Shown here: positions 1 to 4,689 of the stretch, piece by piece
Layout: every line of letters begins with the position of its first letter
Position numbering within the stretch: the first letter of the stretch is position 1
Source of the DNA: a virus
Lineage: Duplodnaviria; Heunggongvirae; Uroviricota; Caudoviricetes
DNA length: 4,816 nt
IMG/VR virus record: IMGVR_UViG_2713896737_000023
Reading direction: 5' to 3' (one strand)
Position numbers and translations under genes: made by a program
Notes under the pieces: generated by a model
What the model was told of the DNA's origin: nothing
Database searches by the model: none
What the model saw: only the letters and a program-made list of their open reading frames with translations

Positions 1-35
1 AAAATGTCAGCCAGCTGCTTTTTGTTGACTTCCAT
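1..35 (-). CDS. nu1: Terminase small subunit Nu1, N-terminal fragment (start codon at 35-33, gene continues beyond the window start)
   Basis: Reverse complement of 1-35 reads ATG GAA GTC AAC AAA AAG CAG CTG GCT GAC ATT = MEVNKKQLADI, which matches the N-terminus of lambda Nu1 as I recall it. It sits immediately downstream (in late-transcription direction) of the cos site, as in lambda. Confidence 0.8.
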   Translation of the reverse strand, partial: MEVNKKQLADI

Positions 36-260
36 TGTTCATTCCACGGACAAAAACAGAGAAAGGAAACGACAGAGGCCAAAAAGCCCGTTTTCAGCAC
101 CTGTCGTTTCCTTTCTTTTCAGGGGGTGTTTTAAATAAAAACATTAGGTTACGGCGAAGAAGAACGGAAACGCCTTAAACCGGAAAATTTTCATAAATAG
201 TGAAAAACCGCGAGGTCGCCGCCCCGTAACCTGTCGGATCGCCGGAAAGGACCCGCAAAA
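36..260. other. cos: Lambda-type cos region: cosB with Nu1-binding R-like repeats (GGAAACGACAG at 65-75, inverted copy CTGTCGTTTCC at 101-111, CGGAAACG at 165-172), cosN cohesive sequence 213-224, cosQ-like AGGACCC at 248-254
   Basis: Positions 213-224 are AGGTCGCCGCCC, the exact reverse complement of the lambda 12-nt cohesive end GGGCGGCGACCT. Flanking sequence on both sides closely matches the lambda left end (cosB, Nu1 start) and right end (CGTAACCTGTCGGATC) as recalled. R-element and cosQ positions are assigned by analogy and are approximate. Confidence 0.8.
213..224. other. cosN: cosN 12-nt cohesive-end sequence (terminase nicking site)
   Basis: Exact 12-mer AGGTCGCCGCCC (reverse complement of lambda GGGCGGCGACCT), seen directly in the sequence. 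Confidence 0.8.
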
Positions 261-275
261 TGATAATAATTATCA
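261..275. promoter_or_regulatory. Perfect 7-1-7 palindrome TGATAAT-A-ATTATCA matching the Fur-box consensus (candidate Fur operator; could instead be a packaging-related element beside cosQ)
   Basis: Seen directly: a 15-bp perfect inverted repeat identical to the 7-1-7 Fur-box core (TGATAATnATTATCA). It lies about 10 bp from the cosQ-like motif and about 150 bp upstream of the ylcI-like ORF. From memory, lambda carries a near-identical palindrome at the equivalent position. Confidence 0.35.
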
Positions 276-423
276 TCTACATGTCACAACGTGCATCTAC
301 GCCATCAAACCACGTCAAATAATCAATTATGACGCAGGTATCGTATTAATTGATCCGCATCAACTTAACGTAAAAACAACTTCAGACAATACAAATCAGC
401 GACACTGAATACGGGGCAACCTC

Positions 424-618
424 ATGTCAACGAAGAACAGAACCCGCAGAACAACAACCCGCAACATCCGCTTTCCTAACCAAATGATTGAACAAATTAA
501 CATCGCTCTTGATCAAAAAGGGTCCGGAAATTTCTCAGCCTGGGTCATTGAAGCCTGCCGTCGGAGGCTAACGTCAGAAAAGAGAGCATATACATCAATT
601 AAAAGTGATGAAGAATGA
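424..618 (+). CDS. ylcI: YlcI-like small ribbon-helix-helix-type protein (64 aa, DUF3950-like), cos-proximal accessory gene
   Basis: 64-aa ORF with a basic N-terminal tail (STKNRTRRTTTR) followed by a beta-strand/helix/helix pattern (RNIRFP, NQMIEQINIAL, NFSAWVIEACRRRL) typical of RHH DNA-binding proteins. Length and position match ylcI of the K-12 DLP12 prophage, whose gene order (rzpD, borD, ybcV, ybcW, ylcI, nohD) this window mirrors. The symbol is assigned from synteny and length, not from a sequence alignment. Confidence 0.6.
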   Translation: MSTKNRTRRTTTRNIRFPNQMIEQINIALDQKGSGNFSAWVIEACRRRLTSEKRAYTSIKSDEE

Positions 619-782
619 ACATCCCGCGTTCTTCCCTCCGAACAGGACGATATTGTAAATTCACTTAATTACGAGGGCATTGCAGTAATTGAGTTGCAGT
701 TTTACCACTTTCCTGACAGTGACAGACTGCGTGTTGGCTCTGTCACAGGTTAAGTAGTTTGAATGATTAGCAGTTATGGTGA

Positions 783-989
783 TCAGTCAACCACCAGGGA
801 ATAATCCTTCATATTATTATCGTGCTTCACCAACGCTGCCTCAATTGCCCTGAATGCTTCCAGAGACACCTTATGTTCTATACATGCAATTACAACATCA
901 GGGTAACTCATAGAAATGGTGCTATTAAGCATATTTTTTACACGAATCAGATCCACGGAGGGATCATCAGCAGATTGTTCTTTATTCAT
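783..989 (-). CDS. ybcW: YbcW-like small acidic protein (68 aa), function unknown
   Basis: 68-aa ORF on the minus strand with a GGAG Shine-Dalgarno about 7 nt upstream of the ATG at 989. Length and position (divergent from the ybcV-like gene, between it and ylcI-like) match DLP12 ybcW and a lambda right-end ORF. Synteny-based assignment. Confidence 0.6.
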
Positions 990-1274
990 TTTGTCGCTCC
1001 ATGCGCTTGCTCTTCATCTAGCGGTTAAAATATTACTTCAAATCTTTCTGTATGAAGATTTGAGCACGTTGGCCTTACATACATCTGTCGGTTGTATTTC
1101 CCTCCAGAATGCCAGCAGGACCGCACTTTGTTACGCAACCAATACTATTAATTGAAAACATTCCTAATATTTGACATAAATCATCAACAAAACACAAAGA
1201 GGTCAGACCAGATTGAAACGATAAAAACGATAATGCAAACTACGCGCCCTCGTATCACATGGAAGGTTTTACCA

Positions 1275-1685
1275 ATGGCTCAGGTTGCCATTTTTAAAGA
1301 AATATTCGATCAAGTGCGAAAAGATTTAAACTGTGAATTGTTTTATTCTGAACTAAAACGTCACAATGTCTCACATTATATTTACTATCTAGCCACAGAT
1401 AATATTCACATTGTGTTAGAAAACGATAACACTGTGTTAATAAAAGGACTTAAAAAGGTTGTGAATGTTAAATTCTCAAGAAATACGCATCTTATAGAAA
1501 CGTCCTATGATAGGTTGAAATCAAGAGAAATCACATTTCAGCAATACAGGGAAAATCTTGCTAAAGCAGGAGTTTTCCGATGGGTTACAAATATCCACGA
1601 ACATAAAAGATATTACTATGCCTTTGATAATTCATTACTATTTACTGAGAGCATTCAGAACACTACACAAATCTTTCCACGCTAA
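1275..1685 (+). CDS. ybcV: YbcV/YdfO-like DUF1398 family protein (136 aa); lambda right-end accessory ORF homolog
   Basis: ORF in the same frame as the 177-aa track ORF. I place the start at ATG 1275 because GGAAGG lies 8 nt upstream, giving 136 aa, the length of K-12 YbcV. Alternative upstream ATG at 1233; the track start at 1152 is TTG and probably not used. It sits directly upstream of bor in the same orientation, as in DLP12 and lambda. Confidence 0.65.
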   Translation: MAQVAIFKEIFDQVRKDLNCELFYSELKRHNVSHYIYYLATDNIHIVLENDNTVLIKGLKKVVNVKFSRNTHLIETSYDRLKSREITFQQYRENLAKAGVFRWVTNIHEHKRYYYAFDNSLLFTESIQNTTQIFPR

Positions 1686-1976
1686 ATCATCACGTCCGGT
1701 TTCTTCCGTGTCAGCACCGGGGCGTTGGCATAATGCAATACGTGTACGCGCTAAACCCTGTGTGCATCGTTATTAATTATTCCCGGACACTCCCGCAGAG
1801 GAGTTTCCCTGTCAGGGCTGCGGACATAGTTAATCCGGGAATACAGTGACGATCCTTCGCATCTGACATACATTAATAAATATTAACAATATGAGATTTC
1901 AACTCATTGTTTAGGGTTTGTTTAATTTTCTACACATACGATTCTGCGAACTTTAAAAAGCATCGGGAATAACACC

Positions 1977-2270
1977 ATGAAAAAAATGCTACTCGCTACT
2001 GCGCTGGCCCTGCTTATTACAGGATGTGCCCAACAGACGTTTACTGTTCAAAACAAACCGGCAGCAGTAACACCAAAGGAAACCATCACCCACCATTTCT
2101 TCGTCTCTGGAATTGGGCAGAAGAAAACTGTCGATGCAGCTAAAATTTGTGGCGGCGCAGAAAATGTTGTTAAAACAGAAACCCAGCAAACATTCGTAAA
2201 TGGATTGCTCGGTTTTATTACTTTAGGCATTTATACTCCGCTGGAAGCGCGTGTGTATTGCTCACAATAA
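1977..2270 (+). CDS. bor: Bor outer-membrane lipoprotein (serum-resistance lysogenic-conversion protein, Iss homolog)
   Basis: 97-aa product MKKMLLATALALLITGCAQQTF... with a signal peptide and lipobox (LITGC), essentially identical to lambda Bor as recalled. Convergent with Rz, as in lambda. Confidence 0.92.
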   Translation: MKKMLLATALALLITGCAQQTFTVQNKPAAVTPKETITHHFFVSGIGQKKTVDAAKICGGAENVVKTETQQTFVNGLLGFITLGIYTPLEARVYCSQ

Positions 2271-2276
2271 TTGCAT

Positions 2277-2302
2277 GAGCTGCCCATCGATATGGGCAGC
2301 TC
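2277..2302. terminator. Perfect 10-bp-arm inverted repeat (GAGCTGCCCA / TGGGCAGCTC, central ATCGAT) between the convergent bor and Rz stop codons; probable transcript-end hairpin
   Basis: Seen directly: 26-nt palindrome 7 nt after the bor stop and abutting the Rz stop. No strong U-tract on either side, so terminator strength is uncertain. Confidence 0.4.
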
Positions 2303-2763
2303 TATCTGCACTGCTCATTAATATACTTCTGGGTTCCTTCCAGTTGTTTTTGCATAGTGATCAGCCTCTCTCTGAGGGTGAAATAATCCCGTTCAGCGGT
2401 GTCTGCCAGTCGGGGGGAGGCTGCATTATCCACGCCGGAGGCGGTGGTGGCTTCACGCACTGACTGACAGACTGCTTTGATGTGCAACCGACGACGACCA
2501 GCGGCAACATCATCATGCAGAGCATCATTTTCAGCTTTCGCATCAGCTAACTCCTTCGTGTATTTTGCATCGAGCGCAGCAACATCACGCTGACGCATCT
2601 GCATGTCAGTAATTGCCACGTTCGCCAGCTTCAGTTCTCTGGCATTTTTGTCGCGCTGGGCTTTGTAGGTAATGGCGTTATCACGGTAATGATTAACAGC
2701 CCATGACAGGCAGACGATGATGCAGATGAGCAGAGCGGAGATAATCGCGGTTATTCTGCTCAT
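2302..2763 (-). CDS. Rz: Rz i-spanin (inner-membrane spanin subunit)
   Basis: 153-aa product [48 protein letters not shown]..., near-identical to lambda Rz as recalled. It has an N-terminal TMD and a coiled-coil periplasmic domain, and its start overlaps the R stop (ATGA). Confidence 0.92.
   Translation of the reverse strand: MSRITAIISALLICIIVCLSWAVNHYRDNAITYKAQRDKNARELKLANVAITDMQMRQRDVAALDAKYTKELADAKAENDALHDDVAAGRRRLHIKAVCQSVREATTASGVDNAASPRLADTAERDYFTLRERLITMQKQLEGTQKYINEQCR
2361..2543 (-). CDS. Rz1: Rz1 o-spanin (outer-membrane lipoprotein), embedded in the +1 frame of Rz
   Basis: 60-aa product [24 protein letters not shown]... with a lipobox (VVGC) and a proline-rich mature region (PPPPPAW...PPPDW), near-identical to lambda Rz1 as recalled. 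Fully nested inside Rz. Confidence 0.85.
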   Translation of the reverse strand: MRKLKMMLCMMMLPLVVVGCTSKQSVSQCVKPPPPPAWIMQPPPDWQTPLNGIISPSERG

Positions 2764-3236
2764 ACCTCACTCTCTCTGACCGTTCCGCCAGCTTCTTTGA
2801 ATTTTGCAATCAGGCTGTCAGCCTTATGCTCGAACTGACCATAACCAGCGCCCGGCAGTGAAGCCCAGATATTACTGCAACGGTCGATTGCCTGACGGAT
2901 ATCACCGCGATCAATCATAGGTAAAGCACCACGCTCTTTAATCTGCTGCAATGCCACTGCGTCCTGGCTTTTGGGGGAGAAGTCTTTCAAACCAAGCTGT
3001 TTACGGTAAGCATCCCACCAGCGTGAAAGAAGCTGATAACGTCCGGCGGCTGTTGATTTGAGTTTGGGGTGTAGCGTGACAAGTTTGCGAGGGTGATCGG
3101 AGTAATCAGTAAACAGTTCGCCGCCAACAATAACATCATAACCGTGGTTACGTGTCGGTTGTCGCCCGTTATCCGTTCCTTCTGACCACGCCAACATATC
3201 GAGGAAGGCTTTACGCTGAGGATTAAGATTTTGCAT
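2760..3236 (-). CDS. R: Endolysin R (lambda-type lytic transglycosylase)
   Basis: 158-aa product ...[20 protein letters not shown]...[25 protein letters not shown]... matches lambda R over almost its whole length as recalled, including the catalytic Glu19 in the AWSEGTD context. The N-terminal ~6 residues differ from lambda. The start overlaps the holin 3' end by 14 nt. Confidence 0.92.
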   Translation of the reverse strand: MQNLNPQRKAFLDMLAWSEGTDNGRQPTRNHGYDVIVGGELFTDYSDHPRKLVTLHPKLKSTAAGRYQLLSRWWDAYRKQLGLKDFSPKSQDAVALQQIKERGALPMIDRGDIRQAIDRCSNIWASLPGAGYGQFEHKADSLIAKFKEAGGTVRESEV

Positions 3237-3540
3237 TTTTCACCCCTGTCAGTCGTTCCCAGAAGTACGTCAGTGCAACCGAACCCATCGCACCACTAAT
3301 CCCCGCTGTCGCGAGAATCATGTAAATACTGAATCCACTTTCGATGCTGATCAGGCCACCAATAACACCGGTGAATCCTGATACCACTATTTGAGCCAGA
3401 GCATTTATCCAACTCCACGTTGCTTTACTCTGCTTCACATCTATCAGGTAGCGGACCAGACCGCCCCAACCTGCGATGATCAGCAAAACGAGCCAGAACG
3501 CTCCGGCAAGGCTCTCTTTTTCGTGCATATGAATAGCCAA
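3223..3540 (-). CDS. Class I holin (three predicted TMDs), not lambda S-like
   Basis: ORF immediately upstream of and overlapping R. Three hydrophobic segments (LAGAFWLVLLIIAGWGGLV, WINALAQIVVSGFTGVIGGLI, GFSIYMILATAGISGAMGSVAL) and a charged C-terminus ([11 protein letters not shown]). The codon at 3540-3538 is TTG (weak GGCGG about 7 nt upstream); the first ATG is at 3528-3526, giving 101 aa. The start is therefore ambiguous. Confidence 0.7.
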   Translation of the reverse strand: MAIHMHEKESLAGAFWLVLLIIAGWGGLVRYLIDVKQSKATWSWINALAQIVVSGFTGVIGGLISIESGFSIYMILATAGISGAMGSVALTYFWERLTGVKNAKS

Positions 3541-3642
3541 TGTTTCGCCGCCGACAAAAGGCCGGGACGTTAAATGTCAGAAATCAGGCTCACGGGGTAA
3601 TTTAACGACAAAGCACGGAGTTGATGCTCCCCACAAGCCTGG

Positions 3643-3668
3643 AATAAAAAAGCCAGCATGTAGCTGGC
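3643..3668 (-). terminator. Intrinsic terminator (distal, minus strand): stem GCCAGC/GCUGGC, loop UACAU, then UUUUUUAUU
   Basis: Seen directly on the minus strand: perfect 6-bp GC-rich stem (plus 3652-3657 / 3663-3668) followed by a U-tract (plus A-tract 3644-3651), between the Q-like gene and the holin. Confidence 0.6.
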
Positions 3669-3744
3669 AACAGAGGGCTAAGCAATATCAACTCAACAGC
3701 TGAAGACCCCCTGGCTGGGGTAGGTTGGAAGGCTACTCACCGTT

Positions 3745-3780
3745 CAGAAACAGAAAAGCCCAAGGCTTTAAACCTCGGGC
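3745..3780 (-). terminator. Intrinsic terminator (proximal, minus strand; candidate tR'): stem GCCCGAGG/CCUUGGGC, loop UUUAAAG, then UUUUCUGUUUCUG
   Basis: Seen directly on the minus strand: 8-bp stem with two G-U pairs (plus 3773-3780 / 3758-3765) followed by a U-rich tract, about 55-85 nt downstream of the candidate late promoter. Confidence 0.6.
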
Positions 3781-3837
3781 TTGAATTTGGATTACTGCCA
3801 GTGCGTACAACATTGGCAAAATATCAGATTTACATAA

Positions 3838-3866
3838 AATATATGATTTTTAATCCAGTTTTGCAA
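3838..3866 (-). promoter_or_regulatory. Candidate sigma70 late promoter (pR'-like): -35 TTGCAA (3866-3861), 17-bp spacer, -10 TATATT (3843-3838)
   Basis: Minus strand reads ...gaTATTGCAAaactggattaaaaatcaTATATTttatgtaaatctgatatttt.... The -35 overlaps the Q-like stop codon, as in lambdoid pR' arrangements. A -10-like GATATT/TATTTT in the initial transcribed region could act as a sigma-dependent pause element. Motif-based only. Confidence 0.4.
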
Positions 3867-4539
3867 TATCTTGCTGTGAAAATGTGGTCTTTTGTTTTGA
3901 ACGTGTTTTCGTTAAAAGCAATAAAGCTTGGCTATCAAGCTGTAGAAAAATGTGTTTCATTGCAACCCAGCGTTCAGTAAATGTCTCAGACCAGTTTTTT
4001 GATGTCACTCCCACCAGTGATGCCAGCTCCTGGTATTCATAGGTCTTACGCCCTGCCAGCTCGTTCTTCACATCCTGTGCCGCCAGCCAGATCAACTTCT
4101 TCAAACGTTCCAGTGTCTTACCTGCAATTTTCCTGGTACCCAACAGAGTCTTAAACTCGCTCCATGCCCACTGCGTTATGGTGACCTGATGTTCCCAGCG
4201 AACACTTTCGCTGTAACTCCACAGCAACCACGCTTTCTGATGTTCTTCGAGAGACAGAACCGCGCGGCGCCATGACGAGGTTGAGAACTCAACCTGGCTG
4301 ACCAGTGCAATGGATGAACCTTTTGCGTACGACTGCTTACCGGAAATCGGCGGATTATCCAGCGTAATCATCCTGCCAGTTACCTCATCCAGAATGCGCG
4401 GCTTCTTTCGTTTGTATGTACCAGTATCAAATTGTGCATGCTCCAGCCAGGCTTCAAGCTGTCCTTTCGTTGCTCCGCTCAAATCAGCGGTAGCCACAAT
4501 GAGTTGCTCGCGGACATACTGTAAATATTGGGTATTCAT
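3850..4539 (-). CDS. Putative late-gene antiterminator Q (229 aa, non-lambda type, no cysteines)
   Basis: 229-aa ORF with an AGGAG Shine-Dalgarno 7 nt upstream. It is directly upstream of a promoter, tandem terminators and the lysis cassette, which is the canonical Q position. It has no similarity to lambda Q as recalled and lacks any Cys, so it is not a zinc-finger Q-lambda type. Assignment is by synteny. Confidence 0.55.
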   Translation of the reverse strand: MNTQYLQYVREQLIVATADLSGATKGQLEAWLEHAQFDTGTYKRKKPRILDEVTGRMITLDNPPISGKQSYAKGSSIALVSQVEFSTSSWRRAVLSLEEHQKAWLLWSYSESVRWEHQVTITQWAWSEFKTLLGTRKIAGKTLERLKKLIWLAAQDVKNELAGRKTYEYQELASLVGVTSKNWSETFTERWVAMKHIFLQLDSQALLLLTKTRSKQKTTFSQQDIAKLD

Positions 4540-4676
4540 GCGGCAGCTCCTTTCAGTGTTTTGGCGTAATTCTTCAGTATCCGGTAATCGGTCAAAACAG
4601 AACCAGGAAAACGATATAAGCGCAGGCGCATCCAGCGGTGGCGAAGACGTTCTGCCATATAAGACTCAAACATCAT
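4536..4676 (-). CDS. Small basic ORF (about 46 aa; YlcG-like by size and position), translationally coupled to the Q-like gene
   Basis: My own translation of the minus strand: ATG ATG TTT GAG TCT TAT ATG GCA GAA CGT ... GGA GCT GCC GCA TGA = MMFESYMAERLRHRWMRLRLYRFPGSVLTDYRILKNYAKTLKGAAA. Its TGA overlaps the Q-like ATG (ATGA), and GGGGA lies 4-7 nt upstream of the two candidate ATGs. It is below the ORF-track size cutoff. DLP12 has a 46-aa ylcG directly upstream of its Q homolog. Confidence 0.4.
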   Translation of the reverse strand: MMFESYMAERLRHRWMRLRLYRFPGSVLTDYRILKNYAKTLKGAAA

Positions 4677-4689
4677 TCATTCCCCAGTT

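Noticed and set aside
115-160. IHF site I1 of cosB in the AT-rich segment between R-like repeats
   Set aside because: Expected by analogy with lambda, but I could not find a convincing match to the IHF consensus by eye, so it is not called as a feature.
718-745. 8-bp inverted repeat GTGACAGA/TCTGTCAC with a 12-nt loop between the convergent ylcI-like and ybcW-like genes
   Set aside because: Possible bidirectional terminator, but the loop is long and there is no U-tract on either strand. Too weak to call.
822-1155. Plus-strand ORFs 822..1028 (68 aa) and 916..1155 (79 aa)
   Set aside because: They largely overlap the ybcW-like gene on the opposite strand or lie in the divergent control region, have odd Cys/His-rich low-complexity composition and no convincing Shine-Dalgarno. 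Most likely antisense artefacts.
1152-1274. N-terminal extension of the ybcV-like ORF back to 1152 (177-aa version)
   Set aside because: The codon at 1152 is TTG, and the extension would run through the likely promoter (TTGACA at 1171-1176). ATG 1275 has a GGAAGG Shine-Dalgarno and gives the expected 136 aa.
1558-1776. Plus-strand 72-aa ORF overlapping the 3' end of the ybcV-like gene
   Set aside because: Out-of-frame overlap with a better-supported gene, extending into the structured intergenic region. No independent support.
1989-2230. Minus-strand ORFs 1989..2189 and 2048..2230, antisense to bor
   Set aside because: Fully antisense to the well-supported bor gene. Typical shadow ORFs.
2251-2463. 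Plus-strand 70-aa ORF antisense to Rz/Rz1
   Set aside because: Antisense to two strongly supported lambda-type genes, with Gly-rich low-complexity translation.
3391-3573. Plus-strand 60-aa ORF antisense to the holin
   Set aside because: Antisense overlap with the holin and no Shine-Dalgarno. Spurious.
3541-3849. Checked the Q-to-holin interval for tRNA genes or toxin (stx-like) cargo, which often sit here in lambdoid prophages
   Set aside because: The interval is only about 310 bp and is fully accounted for by promoter and terminator elements. No tRNA-like cloverleaf or additional ORF.
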